Counted from the first letter of the stretch, positions 9,045 through 18,965 are shown. The stretch: DNA of 64,000 bases from an uncultured Pseudomonadales bacterium (GCA_963968025.1 CAXAFJ010000001.1:7428-71427), one strand, 5' to 3'. Notes: generated by a model from the sequence alone, not told the origin. Numbers and translations: made by a program.

Positions 9045-12000
9045 ATGGAAGCCCAAAATAATAGCCAACGTGCTGCGCTAATTGTTTCTCTCAATAAAAT
9101 TGCTGCCCGACAGTTGACCCGGCCCCAGGCTGAGCAGTTTGATAACTTTATTGCCAATGCCATGCACTTCTATCCGGATGCCGACTATTTAGCGCGGCCC
9201 GCTGAAGAAATCTTTTGGAACCTCTGGGGACTGCGGCGCTTTAGTGGCGAGCCGATTTCCATGACCGCTGCTGAGAGTCGCGCCCGGGTGCGGGTGTTTA
9301 ACCCGGAGCCAGAGCTGGACGGTTGGTCCAGTGCGCATACGACTATTTACATTAATCAGCGAGATATGCCGTTTTTGGTTGATTCGCTGCGTATTGTACT
9401 CAATCGTCGTGGCTTAAATATCTTTACCTTGCAGAGTAATCCGGTTTGGGTGCTGCGCAATGCTGCCGGCGCAATTGAGCGTATTTATACTGATTTTGTC
9501 GAAGGGGCTGAGCGCGAGGCGTTGATCGCCGTTGAGGTGGATTTGCATGTGGAGGCAGAGCTGGCGGACTTGCGCCGTGAACTCTTAGATGTGCTCGACG
9601 ATGTCGAAGTGGTGGTAGATGAATTTGACCCCATGCGTCGGCGGGTTGAAATCCTGATCGAAGAGTTGAGCAACAATGCCCCTGAGGTGGAAAAGCTCAA
9701 GGAGTCTCTGGAGTTTTTGCGCTGGATCCACAATGGCTATTTTACCTTTACCGGCTGCGTCGAGTTTGATTTAAAAGTCGATGGCGATAGTTTTTATCTC
9801 AGTGAGACTGCCGACAGTCGCTGTGGGTTATTGAAAAAATATAGCGGCGATCGTCGCAGTGACTGGGTGGAAGAGCTCAGTCCTGGGGTGCGTGCACTCT
9901 ATGAGAGCGACGAACTGCTGGCGATTACCAAGTCGTCTCAGCGCTCGCGAGTGCATCGCGATGTCTACTCAGACTATGTGGTAGTGAAGCGCTTTAACAC
10001 TGAGGGTCAACCCTGCGGTGAAGTGCGCTTTATGGGGCTTTACACCTCGCAGTTTTACTCTTACAGCCCACGGCGGATTCCCTTGCTGCGCAACAAGGTT
10101 AACTGGGTGATGGATAACTCGGGCTTTAAAGCCAATAGTCACGACGGCAAGGCGTTGATGGCAATTCTCGATTTTCATCCTCGGGATGAGCTGTTTTATG
10201 TCAGCCGCGAGAGACTGGCGGAAACTGCGATCAGTATCTGGCAGATCTATGAGCGCCGCGTTATCAAGGCGTTTATCCACCCCGACCCCTTTGATAAATT
10301 TGTCAGCTGTATTGTTTATCTGCCCCGGGAATCTTTCAGCACTCAGTCGCGAATGAAAATTCAGCATTTGATCGGCGATCGCCTGGATGCTGTGGAGAGT
10401 GAATTTACCACACAGTTTTTGCCTGAGTCGGTTTTGGTGAGAATCTATCTGGTCTATCAGGTGCGCAATAAACAGTATCTAAATGTCCAGAGTACTGACC
10501 TCGAAGATATAGTGCGCCAAGTGACCCGCGACTGGTGTGATGAATTTTCTGCCCTGGCCATTGAACAAGCTGGTAATGAACAGGCTGGTAATGAACAGGC
10601 TGGTGACAATCAGGGTGCTACTCTGGCGCGACGTTTTCAACGGGCCTTTCCCGGTGCTTATCGGGAACTCTATACGCCGCTTGAGGCTCTAGGGCATATC
10701 GAACTGTTCGATGCTCTTGAGGGCACCGCTGATCTGGCCATTACCCTGCAACATCAGCAGGCTGCGGAGAACAATCATCTAGCGCTAAAACTGTTTCATC
10801 GTGAGCAGCCCCTAGAACTCTCGGATATGATCCCGATGCTGGAAAATCTTGGCTTTCGGGTGGTCATGGAGCATCCTTATTTGATTCGCCCAGAAGCCGA
10901 CGGGGAGGTCTGGCTGCAAGAATTCCAGCTGTCTTTTTCCCTCGATGTAAATGTCGATGTGGAAGCGGTGCAGGGCAGCTTTAAAGAGGCTCTGAGTACC
11001 GTATGGAAGGGCGATGCTGAGAATGATAGCTTTAACCGTCTGGTAATTGGCGCGCGGCTGGATTGGCGTGCGGTGGCGATGTTGCGGCTCTATGCCCGCT
11101 ATTTAAAACAGCTTGGCATTTCTTACAGCCAGGTATTTATTGCCGATACCCTTTCTCGTTACCTGGATATCACGCGCAATTTGGTGGCCTTGTTTAAAAG
11201 CTATTTTGATCCTCGTTACGCCGGAGAGACTCGCGGCGAGCGTGTTCAGGGGCTGGTAGCAAAGATTCTTGCGGCGCTGGATCAGGTGGACAATATCAGT
11301 GAAGACAATGTGATTCGCAGCTACCTGGAAGTGATTCAGGCAACGCTGCGCACCAACTTTTTCCAAACCATTGAAGATGGCAGTTTTAAATCCTATATCT
11401 CGGTAAAACTGGAGTCGGGGAAAATATCCTTAGCACCCAAGCCGCGGCCTGAGTTTGAGATTTTTGTCTACTCGCCGCGCGTTGAAGGTGTGCATCTGCG
11501 CGGAGGCAAAGTGGCGCGGGGTGGTCTGCGCTGGTCTGATCGTCTGGAGGATTACCGCACTGAAGTCTTGGGCCTGGTGAAAGCTCAGCAGGTTAAGAAT
11601 GCGGTGATTGTACCTACCGGTGCCAAGGGCGGATTTGTCGCTAAACAGGCGTCTATGGCTGCCGGTCGCGATGCCTGGCTGCAAGAGGGTATTGCCAGCT
11701 ATATGTTGTATATACAGGCTCTGCTGGATATTACCGACAATATAATTGATGGCGAAATTGTGCCGCCAGTAGATGTGGTGCGCCGGGACGGTGACGATCC
11801 CTATTTGGTAGTGGCTGCGGACAAGGGTACGGCGACGTTCTCGGATATTGCCAATGAAATCTCTTACGGGAATAGCTTCTGGCTCGGTGATGCCTTTGCT
11901 TCCGGTGGCGGCAATGGTTATGACCACAAGGCCATGGGCATTACCGCCCGGGGTGCCTGGGTGGCGGTGCAGCGGCACTTCCGAGAGATTGGGGTCGATA

Positions 12001-13925
12001 TTCAGCGCGAGGACTTTACTGTGGTGGGTGTCGGCGATATGGGCGGCGATGTGTTTGGCAATGGCATGCTTTTATCTGAGCATATTCAGTTGCTGTCGGC
12101 GTTTAATCACCTGCATATTTTTGTCGATCCGAATCCTGATGCGGCGAGTACTTTTGTCGAGCGCCAACGGCTCTTTGATACGCCGCGCAGCACCTGGGAT
12201 GACTTTGATCGCTCGCTGATGTCTGAGGGCAGTGCGATCTATTCTCGCTCGTCCAAGTCCTTGACTCTAACTCCACAGATTAAACAGCGCTTTGCGATTG
12301 AAAGCGACGAGATAACGCCGACGGAATTGATTAATGCGATCTTAAAGTCGCCAGTGGATTTGATTTGGAATGGCGGTATTGGCACCTATGTCAAAGCCTC
12401 TTCTGAGAACAATGCTGAGGTCGGTGATCGGGCTAATGATGTGCTGCGTGTCGATGGCCGTGAACTGGGCTGTAAGGTCTTTGGTGAGGGCGGCAATCTG
12501 GGTATGACTCAACGCGGCCGTATTGAGTTCTGTCTAAAAGGTGGGCTCTGTAATACTGACTTTATTGATAATGCTGCCGGTGTTGACTGTTCGGATCACG
12601 AGGTCAATATCAAGATTTTGCTCAATCAGTTGGTGCTTACTGGGCAGTTGCAGATTGATCAACGCAATCAGTTTCTTGAGTCTATGACCGACAGTGTGGC
12701 TGAGTTGGTGCTGCACAATAATGTTCGTCAGACCCAGGCAATTAGTTTGGCGCAGCATCGCAGTGATCAGCAGCACGCTGAGTATCAGCGTTTTATGGCG
12801 TGGCTTGAGAGCAGTGGTAAGTTGGATCGAGAATTGGAGTTTTTGCCTACGGGTGATCAGCTCAGTGAGCGGATTAACCGCCACAAACCGAGCTGGACTC
12901 GTCCGGAGCTGGCGGTATTGGTCTGTTATTCGAAGGTGATGCTTAAAGAGGCTCTGGTAGCGGCGGATCTATTATCTGAGCCTTTTTTGGCGGCATCAGT
13001 GGATCGTGCTTTCCCGCCGGCGTTGGTTGAGCGCTATCCCGATGAGGTGGCGAACCATCAGCTACGTCAGGAAATTGTTGCCACTCAGCTGGCGAATGAT
13101 ATGGTCGATCGGGTGGGTTTTAGTTTCTTCTTTCGGCAGATGGAATCCACCGGTGCTTCGGCAGGGGATGTGATTCGGGCTTATACCATTGCCATGAGTA
13201 TTTTAGATTTGCATAAGCTATGGCAGGATATTGAAGGGAGCGATTTACCGGCATCGGTGCAGTTGGATTTGTTGCATATGTTGATTCGTTTGACTCGTCG
13301 TACTACCCGCTGGTTGTTGCGTAATCGGCGCCATAATTTGAATTGTTCAGAGATTATTGAGCAGTTCACTGGGCCTATCGCGTCGGTTTTGGAGCAGCTT
13401 CCGGAGTTGCATGAGATTGAATGGATCAATCTGTGGAGTGCTGAGAAGGACAATATTACTGAGTTGGGCGTGTCTGATGCGCTGGCGTCGCGACTTGCGG
13501 CATCTGACAGTATGTTTATCAGTTTGGGTGTTGTGGATACGGCGTTGCAATTGGATAAGCCTGTGCAGCAGGTGGCTAAGCTCTACTTTAAGCTTGGCGA
13601 GTTTCTCTCTCTGGATTGGTTTATGGCACAGATTGTTGCTTTGCACCCGGAGAATCGCTGGGAGGATTTGGCCCGTGAGTCTTATGTCGATGATCTGGAG
13701 GGGCAGCGTCGTCGCCTTGCTGCCAGTCTTGTTCGTGACAGTCTGGGAGATGATCTGGATATATTAATTGGCGGTTGGCAGGAGCAGCAGGGGGCATTGA
13801 TAGAGCGCTGGAAGTTTATGATTAAAGATCTGCGTCATGGGCCAACGCCTGATTTTGCGATGATCTCTGTGGCACTGCGCGAGTTGCTTGATTTGGTGCA
13901 GGCGTCGATTGATGGGCGGGGGTAG
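9045..13925 (+). CDS. gdhB: NAD-specific glutamate dehydrogenase, large (~180 kDa) type
   Basis: 1626 aa; EGVHLRGGKVARGGLRWSDR, VKNAVIVPTGAKGGF, YLVVAADKGTATFSD, GYDHKAMGITARGAW, DLIWNGGIGTY. Confidence 0.97.
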   Translation: MEAQNNSQRAALIVSLNKIAARQLTRPQAEQFDNFIANAMHFYPDADYLARPAEEIFWNLWGLRRFSGEPISMTAAESRARVRVFNPEPELDGWSSAHTTIYINQRDMPFLVDSLRIVLNRRGLNIFTLQSNPVWVLRNAAGAIERIYTDFVEGAEREALIAVEVDLHVEAELADLRRELLDVLDDVEVVVDEFDPMRRRVEILIEELSNNAPEVEKLKESLEFLRWIHNGYFTFTGCVEFDLKVDGDSFYLSETADSRCGLLKKYSGDRRSDWVEELSPGVRALYESDELLAITKSSQRSRVHRDVYSDYVVVKRFNTEGQPCGEVRFMGLYTSQFYSYSPRRIPLLRNKVNWVMDNSGFKANSHDGKALMAILDFHPRDELFYVSRERLAETAISIWQIYERRVIKAFIHPDPFDKFVSCIVYLPRESFSTQSRMKIQHLIGDRLDAVESEFTTQFLPESVLVRIYLVYQVRNKQYLNVQSTDLEDIVRQVTRDWCDEFSALAIEQAGNEQAGNEQAGDNQGATLARRFQRAFPGAYRELYTPLEALGHIELFDALEGTADLAITLQHQQAAENNHLALKLFHREQPLELSDMIPMLENLGFRVVMEHPYLIRPEADGEVWLQEFQLSFSLDVNVDVEAVQGSFKEALSTVWKGDAENDSFNRLVIGARLDWRAVAMLRLYARYLKQLGISYSQVFIADTLSRYLDITRNLVALFKSYFDPRYAGETRGERVQGLVAKILAALDQVDNISEDNVIRSYLEVIQATLRTNFFQTIEDGSFKSYISVKLESGKISLAPKPRPEFEIFVYSPRVEGVHLRGGKVARGGLRWSDRLEDYRTEVLGLVKAQQVKNAVIVPTGAKGGFVAKQASMAAGRDAWLQEGIASYMLYIQALLDITDNIIDGEIVPPVDVVRRDGDDPYLVVAADKGTATFSDIANEISYGNSFWLGDAFASGGGNGYDHKAMGITARGAWVAVQRHFREIGVDIQREDFTVVGVGDMGGDVFGNGMLLSEHIQLLSAFNHLHIFVDPNPDAASTFVERQRLFDTPRSTWDDFDRSLMSEGSAIYSRSSKSLTLTPQIKQRFAIESDEITPTELINAILKSPVDLIWNGGIGTYVKASSENNAEVGDRANDVLRVDGRELGCKVFGEGGNLGMTQRGRIEFCLKGGLCNTDFIDNAAGVDCSDHEVNIKILLNQLVLTGQLQIDQRNQFLESMTDSVAELVLHNNVRQTQAISLAQHRSDQQHAEYQRFMAWLESSGKLDRELEFLPTGDQLSERINRHKPSWTRPELAVLVCYSKVMLKEALVAADLLSEPFLAASVDRAFPPALVERYPDEVANHQLRQEIVATQLANDMVDRVGFSFFFRQMESTGASAGDVIRAYTIAMSILDLHKLWQDIEGSDLPASVQLDLLHMLIRLTRRTTRWLLRNRRHNLNCSEIIEQFTGPIASVLEQLPELHEIEWINLWSAEKDNITELGVSDALASRLAASDSMFISLGVVDTALQLDKPVQQVAKLYFKLGEFLSLDWFMAQIVALHPENRWEDLARESYVDDLEGQRRRLAASLVRDSLGDDLDILIGGWQEQQGALIERWKFMIKDLRHGPTPDFAMISVALRELLDLVQASIDGRG
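10563..10607 (+). repeat. In-frame 15-bp tandem repeat x3 in gdh (EQAGN-EQAGN-EQAGD)
   Basis: gaacaagctggtaat / gaacaggctggtaat / gaacaggctggtgac. Confidence 0.9.
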
Positions 13926-13926
13926 G

Positions 13927-14385
13927 GTCATCCCGACAGAGCCATCTATTCTGTCATCCCGACAGAGCGCAGCGACGAGGGATCTCCGGCTTGGGCGTGG
14001 GCAAATCCATGCAGACCCTTTGCGATCGGTCCCATGGGTTTGGTATTTCCAGCGTTCGCGCAACTCGCTTGCGCTCAAACAGGGCGCTCTCTTCACCTGA
14101 AAATAACAAACCCATAAGCGGGCCCTGATTGACCGCAAAGGGCCTGCATGGCTTCGCTGATAGATCGAGTACAACCCTGTCATCCTGAGAGAGCAAAGCG
14201 AACCGAAGGATCTCATAGGGGATTGCAGGGTAATGCGTTAGAGGCGGTACACCAAAGAGATCCCTCCACTGCGGTCGGGATGACAGAGTAGTGGCTTGGG
14301 ATGACAGTGGGTTGGTAAGGTAATAAATACCGACATCCCGACAGAGCCACCTATTCTGTCATCCCGACCGCAGTGGAGGGATCTC
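13927..14385. repeat. REP-like cluster downstream of gdh (4 full units, partial units, embedded long hairpin)
   Basis: Full units at 13952-13986 (+), 14178-14214 (+), 14257-14285 (-), 14357-14385 (+); partial units at 13927-13942, 14298-14306, 14332-14347. Confidence 0.9.
14007..14151. other. ~145-bp imperfect long hairpin (MITE-like or structured RNA)
   Basis: 14007-14027 pairs with 14131-14151 (19/21); atgggtttggtatttccag pairs with ctgaaaataacaaacccat (17/19); inner gcgcaa/ttgcgc stem at 14058-14074. Confidence 0.7.
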
Positions 14386-14688
14386 TATCTTGATTACCCC
14401 GCCCAAAAAAAGCGACGGGCTAAACCCAGTTTCCTATCCTTAATCTCAACCTAAACTAGCGCTTTTAGTCCATCAAAATATGCTAGCCACAAAGCCTCTC
14501 AGATCAAACCAACCCTGAATAAACTGCGTATAAAGTGTAAATCACAAGCCCACCTAAGCAGTTAAGTTTTAAGCTAATAGCAAACGGCTCTAAATAACTT
14601 TCAATCAGTGACTATTTTTTGATTGTCGATAGCTAAGTTCAGGGCTAAACTGCCATGCTTTTTCACATTTTTGAGATAATTGATATCC

Positions 14689-15759
14689 ATGCTAAACGCG
14701 AACCTCGCCGAAGAATTTGCACCGCTAACGGGCCGTCTTGAGCCTAAATGGTGGACTGGTACGCCAGCAATTTCTCCGGACCTATTTGTTATCGATGGCA
14801 ATGAGTTCCGCGTCGATGGTCAGCCTTTGATTGCTAGCCCCGAATTGGCCGAACGTATGCAAAGCACCTTCGACAAGGTTGGCTTGGCTCATGTTATCAA
14901 TAGCGGCTTGGATGATTTGCAAGCCATGCGTCTGGTTGCAACTCAGGTGCTCAAAAATGAGCGCAAATACGAGGGTGGTGCCAACCCGCGTAAAATCATT
15001 GAAAAGAATGTCTATGAAGTCGGTGCGCCACTGGCTGCATCACTGCATTACCACCATGAAATGGCGTATATCGGCTCCAGTACCACAATGGTCAGTTTTA
15101 TGGCCCACAAGATGCCCAAGGTCGGCGGCGCTACCTTTGTCTCTGACAACTGCCAGGCGACTGATGCATTGATGGCCACAGCCTTTGGTCAGAAGCTTAA
15201 AGCCTTAGGTTTGTGCTATCACCGTGATCTCACCGATCGTGATGCCTTTGTCGGGCGTCTGGATATAGGGGTTTACAACCACTGGCAGCAGTCGATGTTG
15301 ACTGAAGATCCGGATGAAGCGATTGCCGAAGCGCGTCGCCGTGGTTTGGACGCCGAGTGGGGCGAAGACCGTAAATTAAAAACCCGCTACTATATTTCTG
15401 CCTTTGAGTATTTTCCGCAGCTTGGCCGCAACCTCTTATATAGCAGCATGGCTGATGATGATGCCTGGTTTGATAGCTGGCCGCTGGTTCAGCATTTACC
15501 GCCGGAAGAGCGTCCACTGAAGCTGACTTTTGGCGACGGCAGCGAGATGTCACCTGAAGAAAAGCAGTTATTTATCGATATTTATGATGACTACGGCATT
15601 CCCATTAATTGGAAGGTCGGTGATATTGCCTTGATCTGTAATTATCGCTTTGCCCATGGCCGTCCTTCGGTTCACCTCGAAGAGGGTGAGCAGCGTGAAT
15701 TGGGTGTGTTGATCGGTGAGTCATTTGATCGTGTGGAGACGCGCGAGGATAAGTGGTAG
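14689..15759 (+). CDS. TauD/TfdA family Fe(II)/2-oxoglutarate-dependent dioxygenase
   Basis: H-x-E motif LHYHHEMAY, GGATFVSD, W..GDIALICNYRFAHGR; ATG 14689 preferred over TTG 14680. Confidence 0.75.
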   Translation: MLNANLAEEFAPLTGRLEPKWWTGTPAISPDLFVIDGNEFRVDGQPLIASPELAERMQSTFDKVGLAHVINSGLDDLQAMRLVATQVLKNERKYEGGANPRKIIEKNVYEVGAPLAASLHYHHEMAYIGSSTTMVSFMAHKMPKVGGATFVSDNCQATDALMATAFGQKLKALGLCYHRDLTDRDAFVGRLDIGVYNHWQQSMLTEDPDEAIAEARRRGLDAEWGEDRKLKTRYYISAFEYFPQLGRNLLYSSMADDDAWFDSWPLVQHLPPEERPLKLTFGDGSEMSPEEKQLFIDIYDDYGIPINWKVGDIALICNYRFAHGRPSVHLEEGEQRELGVLIGESFDRVETREDKW

Positions 15760-15816
15760 GCGGCGAGGTTTGTCGTTTATACTCGCTGTAGCTTATAACC
15801 TGACAGCAAAGTCTAA

Positions 15817-17193
15817 ATGAAAAATATAATTGCCTCCCTAGTCGAGCTTCTCGATTCGTCAACGGTGCTCCTTGGCGCTGATATCAGCGAAAAATATCAC
15901 TCAGATTGGAGTGGCGCAGACCCCTGTCAGCCACTGGCTCTGCTAAAGCCAAAAAACACCCAGCAACTTTCCGGTATTATGGCGCTCTGCCATGCGCATG
16001 ATCAGCCTGTGGTTATTCAGGGTGGTTTGACCGGTCTGGCGGGTGGTGCAACGCCCATGTCGGGTGAGATCGCGATTTCCCTCGAGCGTATGAATGGCAT
16101 TGAAGAGCTCAATACCACCGCCATGACGGTTACCGCACTGGCAGGCACTCCGCTCCAGGTACTTCAAGATGCCGCCGACGATAGTCAGCTGTTTCTACCC
16201 TTGGATTTAGGCGCAAGGGGCAGCTGTAATATCGGTGGCAATGTGGCGACCAATGCTGGGGGCACCGAAGTTATTCGCTACGGTATGACCCGTTCACTGG
16301 TGCTGGGCCTAGAGGTTGTTTTGGCCGACGGCACGGTGATCAATGCCATGAATAAAATGGTTAAGAACAATTCTGGCTATGACTTAAAGCATTTGTTTAT
16401 CGGCTCTGAGGGCACGCTGGGTATTGTTACCCGTGTGGTTTTGCAGCTGCAGCCCAAGTCTCGCAGTTCCCATACTGCGCTCTGCGCCTTAAACAGTTAT
16501 GAGTCGGTGACAAAATTATTGGTCGAACTCAAGCGCAGTCTCGGCTCTGGGCTCACTGGTTTTGAACTGATGTGGGATAGCTACTACAGCAAAGTGCTTG
16601 AAGTGTTGCCCAATTTGAGCAGCCCTTTTCAAGAGAGCCACGCCTACTATTTGTTGGTTGAATACAAAGATAACGATCAAAACCTAGGCGCGGAGCGCTT
16701 CGAATCTGCTCTGTTCGCGCAGCTTGAATCAGGTTTGATCGATGACGCCTTAATTGCTCAATCCCATCAAGATGCCGACAAATTCTGGCAGATACGCGAT
16801 GGTATTGGTGAACTTTTCCAGGTCTTGGGGCCGGTTTCAAATCAAGATGTCAGTTTGCCTCTTGAGCAGATTGGGCCTTTTGCCGAAGACTTGGATCAGC
16901 GCTTGAAAGCCAAATACGACAATATCGGTGTGCTGCTGTTTGGTCATATTGGCGACAATAATCTGCATGTGTGCGCTTATACCGGGCGCGATGAAGACAA
17001 GTTTAAAATCAATGAAGATATCATGCATATGATCGGTGATTACTCTGGCGCGATTACCGCAGAGCATGGTGTGGGGGTTTTGAAGCGTGACTTTTTAGCG
17101 CTCTCGAGAACCCCAAGTGAAATTGCACTGATGAAAACCTTAAAGATGGCAATGGATCCCAAGGGGATTTTGAACCCTAAAAGGGTTATTTGA
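15817..17193 (+). CDS. FAD-linked oxidoreductase, D-2-hydroxyacid dehydrogenase/GlcD family
   Basis: GGNVATNAGG, GYDLKHLFIGSEGTLGIVT, FGHIGDNNLH, AEHGVG, MDPKGILNP. Confidence 0.88.
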   Translation: MKNIIASLVELLDSSTVLLGADISEKYHSDWSGADPCQPLALLKPKNTQQLSGIMALCHAHDQPVVIQGGLTGLAGGATPMSGEIAISLERMNGIEELNTTAMTVTALAGTPLQVLQDAADDSQLFLPLDLGARGSCNIGGNVATNAGGTEVIRYGMTRSLVLGLEVVLADGTVINAMNKMVKNNSGYDLKHLFIGSEGTLGIVTRVVLQLQPKSRSSHTALCALNSYESVTKLLVELKRSLGSGLTGFELMWDSYYSKVLEVLPNLSSPFQESHAYYLLVEYKDNDQNLGAERFESALFAQLESGLIDDALIAQSHQDADKFWQIRDGIGELFQVLGPVSNQDVSLPLEQIGPFAEDLDQRLKAKYDNIGVLLFGHIGDNNLHVCAYTGRDEDKFKINEDIMHMIGDYSGAITAEHGVGVLKRDFLALSRTPSEIALMKTLKMAMDPKGILNPKRVI

Positions 17194-17250
17194 TCTTTAA
17201 ACTGTCAGCCTGAGAAAACCGCTTAATTTGTTATCCGGACGCCGCCATAT

Positions 17251-17284
17251 TGTCATCCCGGCAGAGCCGCGCGTCGAGAGATCT
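17251..17284 (+). repeat. Degenerate REP-like unit
   Basis: tgtcatcccggcagagccgcgcgtcgagagatct. Confidence 0.75.
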
Positions 17285-17394
17285 AGCCACAGCTAGCACT
17301 GCCTCTAATCGATAGCTGCCAAAATGGCCGAAAATCTATTTATCTGGCCATTTTATGAATATAATGGCCAGACTGTTCATTAAATAGTCAATTT

Positions 17395-18438
17395 ATGGCC
17401 AAGTCTACCCAAAAACATGCGATCTTAACCCTGCTAAAGCAGGCCTCAGGACCACTCTCGCTCAGGGATATCGCCAGTAAAATCGGTCACCAAGCCTCGA
17501 CTCGCAGCCTAAGGCGCTGGTTAGCTGATTGGGAGGCTGAAAACAAAGTAATGCGGAGTGGTGCAGGCCCCTCAACCACCTATCAAGTGATTAGTGATCC
17601 CACAGAAACCGCTACAGCTTTTGCTGCAAGCGACTCCTTCGCTTTTCTCGCCGACCTTGATCCCGATTTACGAACAGTACTCCTCAATCAAATTCGCGAC
17701 CTCTGGACTCATTCGTCCACCGCTCTCGAGGGTAATACCCTGTCGCTGGGTGATACACATTTTATTCTCGAGGAAGGTCTCACCGTTTCAGGTAAGCCGC
17801 TGAAAGACCACCAAGAAGTCCGAGGTCATGCCCGAGCTATCGAACTGCTCTATCAGTGCATTGCCCACCCATTGAGCGACGACGTAGTGTTTACCCTCCA
17901 CCGTGCCGTACAAACCGACCATCTTGGCGATATCTACAAACCTATTGGCGCCTGGAAAGTTGAGGCAAATAGTACCCATATTGTAGGCCCTGATAATAAA
18001 CAGACGTTTATTGAATATGCACTGCCACTGTTTGTGCCCAGGTTAATGGCCGAGGTTTTAGCGACCATTAATGCAACCAGGGTAGAGACTGTCACGCTCG
18101 ATAATGCCGCAGAAATATACGCCAAGATCCATATGGGCATTGCCCATATTCATCCGTTATGTGATGGCAATGGGCGGATCGCCAGGCTATTGGCGAATAT
18201 TCCACTGCTAAAGAGCGGCTTGCCACCGCTGGTCATTCCCCAAGAGCAGCGTCGTGTTTACATCGAAACCCTCTCGACCTATCAGATAAGTATTGGTCAA
18301 CTGACCAGCACCAGTGGTGTTTGGCCAGACCCTGAGCAGTTAACTGAGTTTGAGGCGTTTTGTGGCGCTTGTTATCAGAGTACGCGGGAGCTGGTAGGGG
18401 AGATATTTGAGGTTCAGGTGGCGAGATCTGCCGGATAG
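17395..18438 (+). CDS. Fic domain protein with N-terminal winged HTH
   Basis: Fic motif HPLCDGNGRIAR; (S/T)xxxE(G/N) motif STALEG before it; N-terminal SLRDIASKIG...TRSLRRWL...GAGPSTTY resembles an HTH. Confidence 0.88.
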   Translation: MAKSTQKHAILTLLKQASGPLSLRDIASKIGHQASTRSLRRWLADWEAENKVMRSGAGPSTTYQVISDPTETATAFAASDSFAFLADLDPDLRTVLLNQIRDLWTHSSTALEGNTLSLGDTHFILEEGLTVSGKPLKDHQEVRGHARAIELLYQCIAHPLSDDVVFTLHRAVQTDHLGDIYKPIGAWKVEANSTHIVGPDNKQTFIEYALPLFVPRLMAEVLATINATRVETVTLDNAAEIYAKIHMGIAHIHPLCDGNGRIARLLANIPLLKSGLPPLVIPQEQRRVYIETLSTYQISIGQLTSTSGVWPDPEQLTEFEAFCGACYQSTRELVGEIFEVQVARSAG

Positions 18439-18486
18439 CTTAGTGTCATGGCCTACCGCATGCAGCGCGCCTTGGGCATGCTCTAA

Positions 18487-18789
18487 AGCAGGTCTTTTGC
18501 TACTTTAGAAACCCTTAGTATCAATCTTTTCAGTAACCCTTTTCGTGTTCAGTGGCGGCCTGAGTTGCAGGCGGTGGTTCGGGAGGTTATCCAGCAGCTT
18601 ATGAACCGTGCCATTGCCGCGCGTTATGTTGAGGCGTGGTCGGCTGAGCATGTTAATGAACGGGACTGCGCGCGTTTTGTCCAAATGGCGGAATCTGAGC
18701 TGATTGCTTTGCGTGAAAGTAACTTTGCGCGTTACCGTGTGCGCCCCGCCGAGTATTATGCTTGGCGGAGTGCTTGGGTGGAGTTGTAG
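18487..18789 (+). pseudogene. C-terminal remnant of a second Fic-family gene
   Basis: Open frame NPFRVQWRPELQAVVREV...RFVQMAESELIALRESNFARYRVRPAEYYAW resembles, from memory, the C-terminus of HTH-Fic proteins; no good start and no Fic motif. Confidence 0.55.
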
Positions 18790-18811
18790 CCACTTACAAT
18801 AAAAGGCCGGC

Positions 18812-18965
18812 ATCAATTGCTAAAGATGGCTGGCAAGATGTTGAGTGGTGTTTTGCGGAAGAAGCTTGGCAGCAGGATGCAGAAACCGATAAGCCATTGG
18901 AAGAAAATCCTCCATTTAGACCGGTATCTCAAAAAATAATAGATAGATATAAGTTTGAAGGCTAA
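18812..18965 (+). pseudogene. Probable C-terminal remnant of an unknown gene
   Basis: Protein-like KDGWQDVEWCFAEEAWQQ...LEENPPFRPVSQKIIDRYKFEG, no RBS/ATG, AT-richer than flanks; left boundary approximate. Confidence 0.3.

Noticed and set aside
13764-14216. ORFs across REP clusters (13764-14216, 13888-14100, 13954-14196, 23358-23549, 23491-23816)
   Set aside because: Translations of repeat DNA with periodic GGMTGL/CHPTQ peptides; no RBS or domain signal
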